Positions 1 through 9,009 of a stretch of 64,000 nt of DNA are shown here, piece by piece. The notes beneath the pieces are model-generated. The model worked only from the letters and a program-made list of their open reading frames with translations, ran no database searches and was not told the origin of the DNA. The DNA is from an uncultured Chloroflexia bacterium. GTDB lineage: Bacteria; Chloroflexota; UBA6077; JACCZL01. Position 1 is the first letter of the stretch. Each line of letters opens with the position of its first letter. Position numbers and translations under genes: made by a program. The stretch covers positions 64,001 through 128,000 of the forward strand of contig CAVXYC010000023.1 in NCBI GenBank assembly GCA_963765765.1. Reading direction: 5' to 3'.

Positions 1-1090
1 AACGCTGGTCGTCTACCACAATCTGTTCCCCGGCGCCGAAGGCACGAAGGTGGCCGATGAGTTCAAAGCAAAAACGGGTGTCACCGTCGATTTCATCAGC
101 GGTCTGGGCGCACCGCTCTCTCAGCGCATTCGTACTGAGGTCGCCGGCAACGCTCCTTCGGCGGATATTTTTGAAGGCTCTTCGCAGTTCCTGCTGCCGA
201 TGCAGAAAGACCAGTTCTTCGTCTCACTCAAAGACAAAGTCCCCGCGCTCCAAGAGTCAGCCGATACCTGGAGGGTCCATCCCGGCTACATGAGCGAGAC
301 GGGTGAGCTGCTGGTGAGCCGCGCAATGACTCAATACCCAGCGCATCTCACCGTCAACACGAGCAAGCTCGCTGCGAGCGACTACCCGACGAGCTACAAC
401 GATCTGGCCACCAACCCGAAGTTCAAGGGCAAGATTGGCTATGTGGACCCGAAGACCACCGGTGATACGGCGGCCGTCTTCATTCGCCAGGGCTACGTCG
501 GTCAGGCGTATAGCATGGACAACGTCTGGACGTTGTATGCCAACCAGCAGATGATGCTCTTCCCCGGCCCGGGCGAACAGGGCGCAGCGGCGGGGCGAGG
601 CGAGGTTGACATCGCTATCGGCGCCACATACGGCAATCTCCTGCAGCTCGCCGGCGCCAATGCGCCGATTAAGCTCCTGGCCTTTGCCGATACGCCGATC
701 GTGAGCAACCCGACAACGATGGGCATGTTGAAGTCAAGCGCCCACCCCAACGCCGCGCTGGTCTTCATCAACTGGTTCTACAGCAAGGAGGGCCAGGACT
801 ACGTCAACAACCTTCTGCAGCTCCCCGGGACCATGCGGCGCGACGTGACCCAGTACACACACCAGGCGCTGACTCCCGAAGTCGTCGGTGGCGGTAAGCG
901 CGGTCCATCGGTCGCGCTGACGCTGCCGCAGTCCTTGCTGGCCGTCGAGCTCAACACGAGCGGGCTATTCCAGAAGCTGACCGAGGGCATCGGCCAGGCC
1001 GAATTCACCAGCGGCGTGAACGACTACATCAAGAAGTGGGAAGACGCCCAGGGCGGCCCCAAGCGCGAGGGCGTCACGCTGAAGGACTAG
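1..1090 (+). CDS. ABC transporter substrate-binding protein (AfuA/Fe3+/thiamine-like), 5' end outside window
   Basis: Frame is open from base 2 (TLVVYHNLFPG...). Motifs PTSYNDL..PKFKGKIGYVDP and HPNAALVFINWFYSKEGQ are typical of this SBP class. Confidence 0.8.
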   Translation, partial: TLVVYHNLFPGAEGTKVADEFKAKTGVTVDFISGLGAPLSQRIRTEVAGNAPSADIFEGSSQFLLPMQKDQFFVSLKDKVPALQESADTWRVHPGYMSETGELLVSRAMTQYPAHLTVNTSKLAASDYPTSYNDLATNPKFKGKIGYVDPKTTGDTAAVFIRQGYVGQAYSMDNVWTLYANQQMMLFPGPGEQGAAAGRGEVDIAIGATYGNLLQLAGANAPIKLLAFADTPIVSNPTTMGMLKSSAHPNAALVFINWFYSKEGQDYVNNLLQLPGTMRRDVTQYTHQALTPEVVGGGKRGPSVALTLPQSLLAVELNTSGLFQKLTEGIGQAEFTSGVNDYIKKWEDAQGGPKREGVTLKD

Positions 1091-1186
1091 ACGGACGACG
1101 GACGACCGATGACGAAGGACGGAGGAACGTCCGCGGAACATAGGCGGCGATATCCTCATTCCCCGTCGGCCGTCGCCCGTCGCCGT
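1090..1186. repeat. Heptamer-type intergenic repeat (GACGGAC/GACGAAG units) with complementary CCGTCG units; possible hairpin
   Basis: gacggacgacggacgaccgatgacgaaggacgg ... ccgtcggccgtcgcccgtcgccgt directly after the stop codon. Confidence 0.5.
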
Positions 1187-1214
1187 TGACGCATCCGCCA
1201 AATCCGGGTATTGT
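1186..1214 (+). promoter_or_regulatory. Putative sigma70 promoter
   Basis: TTGACG (1186-1191), 17-bp spacer, TATTGT (1209-1214), then RBS GAGGAG at 1241 and ATG at 1252. Confidence 0.5.
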
Positions 1215-1251
1215 CCCGGCTCACACTGTCTTTATATGAAGAGGAGATTGC

Positions 1252-2250
1252 ATGACCACTGCTACCGCGCTTGAGGTCGCGCTCGAGGCCCAGGGATCGC
1301 TGCCGAATTTCCGTTACGAGCAGATCCTGCCACTCATGGCCGGTCGAGTGAACATCGACGGCGTCACACTCGTCCCCAGCGCGCCGATGGAGGCGTGCGG
1401 CTATTACGCGAAAGACAAATTCAAGAACGGCGAGTTCGGTCTGGTCGATACCAACATCGGGGATATTGTCCCAGCGATTGACTCCGGCTGGAAGATCACC
1501 TGCTTGCCGGTGTTCATCAAGCGCAAGCCCCACTGGAACTACTGCTGGGTGCGCACCGACCGCGGTATCAATAACCCCAAGGACCTCGAGGGCAAGACGT
1601 TCGCCAGCGTGGGCTACGGTAGCACCATCACGATCTACACACGCGGGTTCCTGGCGCGCGACCACGGTGTGGATATTCTCAAGATCAATTGGCTTCTCAA
1701 TGGCAAGCACCCCTTTGATCTCCATGGGCCACAGCCGGAGATCACAATCGCCTCTGGGCCACCCAAGCCACCGTGGCGCCGACTCCTGGACGGTGAGGTG
1801 GACGCCATCACCGGCGACATCACCGACTCCGAAGCCTGGAAGCTCCTCGAGAGCGACTCCGGCGTGCGGCGCCTGTTCCCGGATTACCGCGAGAAGAACG
1901 ACGCGCTGATCAAGCAGGGAATCTTCACACCCGTGCACGCAATGGCGATGAGTAGCACCCTGAACGATGCGCACCCAGGCCTCAGCAAGAAGCTCTATGA
2001 CGCCTTCAATGAGTCCAAAGAGCTGGCCTATGACGATCACCTGAGCGACAAGGCGAGTTCATCTCTGCTGCACTACAGTCGGGAAGCCATGCGCGATCAG
2101 CTGAAAGCCTACGGAGACATCTACGCGCACGGCGTCAAAGCCAACGCGAAGGCCATGGACATCTATTTCCAGTTCAGCCAGGAACAGGGGATCACCAAGG
2201 AGCTCATGACGGCCGAGCGCTTCTACGCGAAGGGCACGCTGGACACGTAA
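1252..2250 (+). CDS. 4,5-dihydroxyphthalate decarboxylase-like protein (periplasmic-binding-protein fold, no signal peptide)
   Basis: PLMAGRVNIDGVTL, LPVFIKR, GINNPKDLEGK, LLDGEVDA, VRRLFPDYRE, GIFTPVH, FSQEQGIT resemble the Pht5/OphC-like family; strong RBS. Confidence 0.7.
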   Translation: MTTATALEVALEAQGSLPNFRYEQILPLMAGRVNIDGVTLVPSAPMEACGYYAKDKFKNGEFGLVDTNIGDIVPAIDSGWKITCLPVFIKRKPHWNYCWVRTDRGINNPKDLEGKTFASVGYGSTITIYTRGFLARDHGVDILKINWLLNGKHPFDLHGPQPEITIASGPPKPPWRRLLDGEVDAITGDITDSEAWKLLESDSGVRRLFPDYREKNDALIKQGIFTPVHAMAMSSTLNDAHPGLSKKLYDAFNESKELAYDDHLSDKASSSLLHYSREAMRDQLKAYGDIYAHGVKANAKAMDIYFQFSQEQGITKELMTAERFYAKGTLDT

Positions 2251-2253
2251 GCC

Positions 2254-2366
2254 GGCTCCCTCTCTCGTTGGGAGAGGGCTGGGGTGAGGGGACTTGGCTT
2301 CCCCTCACCCCGAGTCCCTCAACCGCGAGCCCTCACCCCAACCCTCTCCCAGGGGAAGAGGAAGTC
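2254..2366. repeat. Palindromic intergenic repeat (GGGAGAGGG.TGGGGTGAGGG / CCCTCACCCCAACCCTCTCCC family), copy 1
   Basis: Inverted arms at about 2254-2291 and 2330-2366 plus an internal hairpin at 2281-2311; lies between convergent genes. Confidence 0.85.
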
Positions 2367-2376
2367 GCCGTCGCGA

Positions 2377-3384
2377 TTATTCGCAGACGGTATCGCCTTT
2401 ATAGACCTGTAGTTTCAGAGATACGTCTGGTCCGCTCACGCCGCGGGCAATGGCGCCACCCGGGATGTAGACAGAGCCGCCAATAGCAGCGGCTCCGGTC
2501 AAGCCATGCGTGGGCAGCGGCATCGGCTGGAGCCGCACCCACTCGTTCGTCCGCGGGTTGAACATCTCGTTTTCCTCGAAGATGCCACGGGGGTCGGGAT
2601 CGTTACCCTCCCCACCGACCGCGTAGAAGCAGCCATTGGAAACGACGCTCGCCATTCCCGCGCGAGGCTTCAGGAGGGGCGTTGCTGGCGACCATGAGCC
2701 CGTTGCTGGATCGTAGACCTCGACGATGTCGGTCATCTCACTGCCCACGCCACTACCAAAACGACCGCCAGCCACCATGACCTTGCCGTCAACGGCGCCC
2801 ACCGCTAGATGATTGCGAGCGGTGGGCATGTCCGGCAGCGTCGTCCAGGTATCGGCGGCGGGGTCATACATCGCGAAATCAGCGCCGCTAGGTGGACGGC
2901 CGCCGGCTACGTAAATCTTGCCATCGATAACAGCAGCTCCACCGCCACTGCGACGAGTCGGCATCTCCGCGCGGGCTTCCCAGGTTCCTGCTTCCTCATT
3001 GAGGACGTGAGTTAGATCGAGGAAAACGGGCTGACCGCCGCCGAGAGTTGCCTCCCCGCCTATGATGTAGACCCTGCCGTCGATGGTGGCGGCCATGGTG
3101 TGATGCATCGTCATCGGCAAGGCCGGCCCGAGGCTCCAACTATCCGTGGCGGAGTCGTACACCTGCACCTCGTCCGAGACGATGCGCTCACCCGGGTAAC
3201 CGCCCATCACGTAGATCTTTCCGTTGTTCTCCGTGACGGAGATCTCGGAGCGGCGCAGCAGCAGATCGGCTCGCTCGCTCCAGCTTCCTTGCGCGGCGGA
3301 GGGCACTGGCGATAGCACAATGGCAACCGCGCCGAGCGCCGCGAATGCGACCATGAACATTGAGTACGGGCGAAATCGTGTCAT
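2377..3384 (-). CDS. Secreted Kelch-repeat beta-propeller protein
   Basis: Signal peptide (…PSAAQG) followed by six kelch repeats (GKIYVMGG…YD…W…P). Confidence 0.9.
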   Translation of the reverse strand: MTRFRPYSMFMVAFAALGAVAIVLSPVPSAAQGSWSERADLLLRRSEISVTENNGKIYVMGGYPGERIVSDEVQVYDSATDSWSLGPALPMTMHHTMAATIDGRVYIIGGEATLGGGQPVFLDLTHVLNEEAGTWEARAEMPTRRSGGGAAVIDGKIYVAGGRPPSGADFAMYDPAADTWTTLPDMPTARNHLAVGAVDGKVMVAGGRFGSGVGSEMTDIVEVYDPATGSWSPATPLLKPRAGMASVVSNGCFYAVGGEGNDPDPRGIFEENEMFNPRTNEWVRLQPMPLPTHGLTGAAAIGGSVYIPGGAIARGVSGPDVSLKLQVYKGDTVCE

Positions 3385-3519
3385 GACTCCTCTCCTGAAC
3401 GGGCACTGGTGGAGAATAGCTTACTACTTCGATTGCGACGAAGTAATTGAGACTACCCGACTGAAACCGCACAAGGAGCGATTACGGACTCGGGAAGCTC
3501 CGTCCGAGCTGCGCCGATC

Positions 3520-3714
3520 CCCTGGCCAGACACTGCCGGAAGCCGTCGGCCCGGTCCTGCGCGCCGCCGGACAGATACCGATACGGGGGAGCCGGGCCTG
3601 GCGCTGTGGACCGATCGGCAGGGTCATGCACCCCGGTATCAGGCCAAGAACGGCTAGGGCGATGCCGCATCGCAGGAGCTCGAGACGGGTCGTAACAGAT
3701 TCCCGCTGTGTCAA
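3520..3714 (-). pseudogene. N-terminal remnant of a second ABC_sub_bind-type substrate-binding protein
   Basis: TRLELLRCGIALAVLGLIPGC…ARLPRIG, continuing in another frame as YLSGGAQDRADGFRQCL, parallels the N-terminus of the upstream SBP; similarity then stops. Confidence 0.55.
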
Positions 3715-3738
3715 GTGATTTGCTTTAGGCGCCTCGGT

Positions 3739-4755
3739 TTACTGAATGAGCTCGGTTGCTTGCTGGAGGACGTCCTGCCGGATTTTCAGGCCGAGGGCCT
3801 GCGCTGTTTTAAGATTGATGACGAACTCGAAGTCCGTCGGCCGCTCCATCGGCAGGTCGCCGGGGCGGGCACCTCGCAGGATTTTGTCCACGTACGGGGC
3901 TGCACTCCGGTAGATCTCGGGTTGACTCACGCCATAGGCCAGCAAGCCTCCCGCCCGAGCGAACTCCCGATTTTCGGTGATACACGGCAGCCGATACTGG
4001 AGCGCTAACTCGGCGACGCGCACCCACGCAGAGTTCCACTGGGTGCTGTTGAGAATCTTGATGGCATCAGCGCCGGCTGTGGACATGGCCGCGAACGCGT
4101 CGTCGAGGCCGCTGATGTCAGGCATGGTGACGACGTGAAGGTGTACCCCGAGGCCGGGCGCGGCCTCCTCGAGCGCCTGCGTGCGCCTCTGCATTGAATC
4201 TGAGCTGGTTACGCGGAGCACGGCTACACGGGAGACGTGCGGGACCGCTTCCTTCAAGAGTTGAAGCTGCTTGCCTTCCAGCTGCTGCCCGCTTACGCCG
4301 GCAATCCCGGTGATGTTCCCGCCGGGTCGCGCGATGTTGTCCACGAGCCCGCTCTCGATTGCCTCCCCGCTGATCAGGATCGCCACGAGCGGGACAGTGG
4401 CGGTCGCCTCCTTGGCGGCGACGCTGGCCCCGGACGTCTGCACTACAACCAGCTCGACCTTCCGCTCGACGAGCTCGGTCGCGAGGGCCCGCCACCGTTG
4501 GGAGTCTCCCTCGGCCCAGCGGGACTCCACGGCGAGGTTCCGGCCCTCGACCCAGCCCAGCTCCCGCAGTCCATCCCAGAACCCGTCCCAATGGTCACCA
4601 GACAAATTTCCGAGGATCCCGATCAGGCGCACCCGCTCGGACGTTGGGGCCTGGGGAGTGGGCAGCCCGCAGCCGGCCAGCAGACCGAGGCCGGCCACGG
4701 ACAGACTGCCACGGAGGAACCCGCGACGGGTGCGGGCGGACCCGGTTGGCGTCAT
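3739..4755 (-). CDS. ABC transporter substrate-binding protein (ABC_sub_bind/COG2984 type), Tat lipoprotein
   Basis: TRRGFL Tat motif and LAGC lipobox; GLRELGWVEGRN, ARPGGNITG, VDKILRGARPGDLPMERPTDFEFVINLKTAQALG. Confidence 0.9.
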   Translation of the reverse strand: MTPTGSARTRRGFLRGSLSVAGLGLLAGCGLPTPQAPTSERVRLIGILGNLSGDHWDGFWDGLRELGWVEGRNLAVESRWAEGDSQRWRALATELVERKVELVVVQTSGASVAAKEATATVPLVAILISGEAIESGLVDNIARPGGNITGIAGVSGQQLEGKQLQLLKEAVPHVSRVAVLRVTSSDSMQRRTQALEEAAPGLGVHLHVVTMPDISGLDDAFAAMSTAGADAIKILNSTQWNSAWVRVAELALQYRLPCITENREFARAGGLLAYGVSQPEIYRSAAPYVDKILRGARPGDLPMERPTDFEFVINLKTAQALGLKIRQDVLQQATELIQ

Positions 4756-5145
4756 GATGGCAGTAGTGTACGCCCGCCCTCGTGGTGCTACAACACAGGT
4801 GATGGCCATGGAGGAGACGGAGGAGCGGATTGGTGGAAGTCGGGTTCACAGCCCGCGCAAGTACGGGGTCGGCAGCAGTGCCACAGCGCCCGCGAGCGAT
4901 CTCAATTCCTTATATAAGAACGAGCGACCGCTCTGTCCGTCTCCGGCATTACGAGTGTCTAACGGCTCGTGAGCCAGCAGCTCGACCGTTTGAGGAGAAG
5001 AGTGCGCCGGCATCCGTCAAAGATCATCCCGCGAATCGGTTGATGTATGTACGTGTGGACCGCGCAGGGAGTAAGCTAGGATCGCCACCGGCCGCATCGG
5101 GCAAATGGATTCACACAGCCTCGCGTTGCTGGAAGGAGATGACTC

Positions 5146-6201
5146 ATGGCCGAGATCGTCGCTGGATTTGCATCGTCACATAGTCCGCTCATGGCATTGA
5201 CAGGACCTCTCTGGGATCAGTTCGCCAAGCAGAACGATCCGCGGAACCGAGAGCTGGTGAAGCCGCCACACGGTCGACACCTGACGTTCGAGCAAATGAT
5301 GGCTGAGGCCGATCCGGCCCTCGCTGGCGTCGCCACCGTTGAGCGATTCGAAGAACGAGCTGATGCTATTCAGGCCGCGCTGAACGACCTGAGCAAGACG
5401 TTCGCGGAGGTAAACCCGGACGTGGTCGTGATGGTCGGCGACGATCAGAACGAGCTCTTCTACGATGACAACATGCCGTCGATCAGTGTCTATTGGGGAG
5501 ATTCGATCTCGATGCTCCCGCGACCGGTCCCTGATTCCGCCTCTGATGCGAACAAGATGTACTCGGCCGTGTATGGGACGGAGGCGATTGATTATCCGGT
5601 CGATGCCAAGCTTGGCCTGCACATCATCGAGTCACTGATGGACCAGGACTTCGATGTGTCCCACTCCCGCTACCTGCGCGAGGAATACGGCGGCAAGATC
5701 GGTCCCGCGACGTGGTATCTGGACTTTGGTCGCGAAACAGCCCCTCGGCCCCAGGGTCTCGGGCACGCCTTCGCGTTTCCGATCAACCGTTGGTTCGCCG
5801 GCAAGATGCCGCCGATTGTGCCGATCTCGATCAACACGTGCTATCCACCCAACTGGATCAGCCCCCGCCGGGCTTACGCGCTTGGTCGGGCGGTGCGTGA
5901 GGCCGTTCATAGCTGGGACAGCAACCTGAGAGTGGCCATTGCCACATCCGGCGGGCTTAGCCATTTTGTGGTCGATGAGGAGCTTGACCGGCAGGTCCTC
6001 AATGCGCTGGGGGAATGCGACAGCCAGACGCTCTCGACACTGCCCCGCGTTCGTCTTCAGTCGGCGACAACTGAGATTCTCAACTGGGTTGCAGTGTCAG
6101 GCATGATGGGCGACACACCTATGGAGACCCTCGCCTACGAGCCGGGTTACCGCACGCCGGCCGGCACCGGTTGCGGCTGCGGGGTGGGTCGCTGGCTCTA
6201 G
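5146..6201 (+). CDS. Class III extradiol ring-cleavage dioxygenase, LigB-like
   Basis: FASSHSP, PDVVVMVGDDQ, GHAF, RVAIATSGGLSH, E.LNW motifs; RBS AAGGAG. Confidence 0.8.
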   Translation: MAEIVAGFASSHSPLMALTGPLWDQFAKQNDPRNRELVKPPHGRHLTFEQMMAEADPALAGVATVERFEERADAIQAALNDLSKTFAEVNPDVVVMVGDDQNELFYDDNMPSISVYWGDSISMLPRPVPDSASDANKMYSAVYGTEAIDYPVDAKLGLHIIESLMDQDFDVSHSRYLREEYGGKIGPATWYLDFGRETAPRPQGLGHAFAFPINRWFAGKMPPIVPISINTCYPPNWISPRRAYALGRAVREAVHSWDSNLRVAIATSGGLSHFVVDEELDRQVLNALGECDSQTLSTLPRVRLQSATTEILNWVAVSGMMGDTPMETLAYEPGYRTPAGTGCGCGVGRWL

Positions 6202-6394
6202 CCGCGCTCAGCCGTAGACTTTTGTCATCGATTCATGATTGGTCTCCTCAGCTCGACGCTGTGGGGACCATGACTCATCCGTGGCGCTTGACGGTGCGAT
6301 AGGCGTCTCGCCTGTGTCCGGTTGCCCGGGAGCGTCGCGGCGTGTTCCGTGATTCCTCGTTTCTTCATCCGCTCCCATCGGAGGTACATAGCAC

Positions 6395-7384
6395 ATGACC
6401 ACAACCACATTCGGTATCTCTCTGCCGTCCGCGGGAGCCATGGCCGCGCCAGCGAACATGCGGGCTATCGCCAGCGCGGCCGAATCACTGGGGTATGACT
6501 CTGTCTGGGTCTCCGATCACGTCGTTGCTCCCGAGAAACCCGATTCGGTGTACCCCTACGGTGGTGGCGGTCCCTTCGCATCGCCGGGCGCGGGCACCTA
6601 CTACGAGCCGCTGACTACTCTTGCCTGGATCGCCGGGGCAACAGAGCGCGTGCGGCTGGGTATCAGCGTGTTGGTCATCCCGCTCCGCAACCCGGTCTAC
6701 GCGGCCAAGACCATCGCCACGTTGGACGCGCTCTCGGACGGCCGAGTCATCCTGGGCATCGGCGTGGGCTGGCTCAGCGAGGAGTTTGAGGCATTGGGTG
6801 AGGCGCGTTTTGACAAACGCGGTCCAATCACAGACGAATGGATCGACATTTATCGAAAGCTCTGGGCTCAAGACCCAACCACGAGCCATCAAGGAGCGCA
6901 CTACAGCTTTGAGCCATTGCGGTCGCTCCCCAAACCGGTCCAACGACCGATGAATCACGGGGAGCAGTGGCCCGGTCCACCCATCTGGGTGGGCGGCAAC
7001 TCGCTACCGGCGCTGCGGCGCACAGCCCGTCTCGGCGATGGCTGGCAGGGATTGCGAACAAACGTGGATGAGACTCAGGCGTGTTTGGTGCAGCTTGATG
7101 AGCTTCTCGCGGAAGTCGGACGGTCGCGTGAATCGCTGGCAATCTCGTCGCGGTTGAATGTCTCACAGCAGGCAAACCCAGAAGCCTCGCTTGATTACGA
7201 CATCGCCGGCGATCCCGACCTGGCCGCCGAGCGCATTGGCCGCTATCAAAAGCTCGGGTGCGACGATTTCATGCTGATCCCGCAGCCACGCGACTCAGTG
7301 ACGGGGATGGTCGAGTCAATGGAATGGTTCGCTACGGAGGTTCGGCCGCGAGTGCGGGAGGCATCACCAGCGGGTCAGGGCTAA
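6395..7384 (+). CDS. LLM-class, probably F420-dependent oxidoreductase (Rv2161c-like)
   Basis: AESLGYDSVWVSDH, EPLTTLAWIAGATERVRLG, GRVILGIGVGW..EEF, PPIWVGG. Confidence 0.88.
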   Translation: MTTTTFGISLPSAGAMAAPANMRAIASAAESLGYDSVWVSDHVVAPEKPDSVYPYGGGGPFASPGAGTYYEPLTTLAWIAGATERVRLGISVLVIPLRNPVYAAKTIATLDALSDGRVILGIGVGWLSEEFEALGEARFDKRGPITDEWIDIYRKLWAQDPTTSHQGAHYSFEPLRSLPKPVQRPMNHGEQWPGPPIWVGGNSLPALRRTARLGDGWQGLRTNVDETQACLVQLDELLAEVGRSRESLAISSRLNVSQQANPEASLDYDIAGDPDLAAERIGRYQKLGCDDFMLIPQPRDSVTGMVESMEWFATEVRPRVREASPAGQG

Positions 7385-7391
7385 CAAGGAC

Positions 7392-7769
7392 ATGCTGCAG
7401 TCAAGCGACCTGATGGCCTTTGTGGCCACGGCCAATGCAGACCTTGCCCGCGAGTTCTATCGAGACGTACTGGGCCTCACCCTCATCGATGAGCACGCAT
7501 TTGCCCTCGTCTTCGACAGCAACGGCACAAGATTGCGGGTGCAAAAGGTTCACACGGTCAGCCCCATCCCATACACAGCACTGGGTTGGCGTGTCGAAGA
7601 CATTCATGCCTCTATTCGCGGTCTAGAAGACCGCGGCGTGAGCTTCGAGCGCTTCGAAGGCCTGCAGCAGGACGATGACGGCGTGTGGACCACGCCCGAC
7701 GGTGTCGCCGTGGCGTGGTTCAAAGACCCAGACGGGAATCTGCTGAGCCTGTCACAGGAGCCGACATAG
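7392..7769 (+). CDS. VOC/glyoxalase family protein
   Basis: AREFYRDVLGL, AWFKDPDGNLLSL. Confidence 0.88.
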   Translation: MLQSSDLMAFVATANADLAREFYRDVLGLTLIDEHAFALVFDSNGTRLRVQKVHTVSPIPYTALGWRVEDIHASIRGLEDRGVSFERFEGLQQDDDGVWTTPDGVAVAWFKDPDGNLLSLSQEPT

Positions 7770-7794
7770 TTGGGGCAACCCCCGCCTGGGATCG

Positions 7795-7959
7795 CTACAT
7801 CGATGGTTTGTAATCGGGCGCCAGGAACTTTGCCGGGTCGGCATCAAACGCCTTCTTACAACCAGGAGCGCAGAAATAATAGGTAGTCCCTTGATGCTCT
7901 GTCGTGTGTCGAGCGGTCTGCGTATCGACTTCCATACCGCACACTGGATCCTTCGCCAC
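7795..7959 (-). CDS. Stand-alone YHS-domain protein (54 aa)
   Basis: GTG start; AKDPVCGMEVD…TYYFCAPGCKKAFDADPAKF. Confidence 0.85.
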   Translation of the reverse strand: MAKDPVCGMEVDTQTARHTTEHQGTTYYFCAPGCKKAFDADPAKFLAPDYKPSM

Positions 7960-8194
7960 GAGTGCCCTCCCTGAGCCGTTCGCTCTCTTCACCCTACCCC
8001 TCAGAAGAGCGAGTTGGAATGGTTGTCCAGGCTCCCATTCTTGAAAGTTGACTGGTTCATGTACTCTTGAGCCCGCGGTTTGAGCCCGTTTCGAGCCATG
8101 TGGATATACGATAAAGCTGGCTCGATATACGAGGGAGACTAAACTCGTCCTCGGGAGTCTGAATCTCCGAACTGGCTGGTTTTTTCTGAGCATC

Positions 8195-9009
8195 ATGCAC
8201 GCTGATCACCGAGACCCTCGCAGTGATGGTCGGCCACACTCGCGACCACGGGCTACATCGCTCGTACTCGTGTTGCCTGATAGCATCTCGGCCTGCCTGT
8301 TCGACATGGACGGCGTACTCACCGAAACAGCAAAGGTACACGCGGCAGCCTGGAAGCAGATGTTCGATGCGTACTTGCTCGATCGCAGCAAACAGGCCGG
8401 CGAGCCATTCCGTCCCTTCGAGATTGCCAGCGATTATGCCGAGCTCGTCGACGGTAAACTTCGGCTCGATGGGGTCCGTGGCTTCCTGGCGTCGCGTGGG
8501 ATTCGAGATCCCGGAGGGCTCGGCCGACGATCCGCCAACGGCACTGACAGTGCATGGCCTGGGGAGACAGAAGAACGACCTGGTGCAAGAGCTCATCAGG
8601 GAAAACGGCGTCGAGGTGTACGAAGGATCGGTCCGGTTCCTGAAGGTCGTACGTGATGCCGGGCTGCGGCGAGCAGTGGTCTCGGCGAGCAAGAATTGCC
8701 AGGAGGTGCTGGAAGCCGCCGGCATAGACCACCTGTTCGAGGTGCGCATCGATGGCATCGTCGCCGATGAGGCCCACCTGCGCGGGAAACCAGCACCGGA
8801 CCTATTCCTTGCCGCCGCGGCCGCGTTGGGTGTCGAGCCTGCACGGTTGTGCCGTCTTCGAAGATGCCATCGCTGGCGTCGAAGCGGGACGGGGCGGTGG
8901 GTTTGGATTGGTTGTCGGCGTCGACCGCGTTGGGCAGGCCCAGGCGCTGCGCGATCACGGCGCCGACCAGGTCGTTGCCGACCTGAGCGAATTGCTGGCC
9001 TCACGGTGA
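8195..9009 (+). CDS. Beta-phosphoglucomutase-family HAD hydrolase (two frameshifts, about 8505 and 8850)
   Basis: [11 protein letters not shown] (motif I) in ORF 8195; VVSASKN and GKPAPD in ORF 8223; [14 protein letters not shown] in ORF 8752. Confidence 0.85.
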
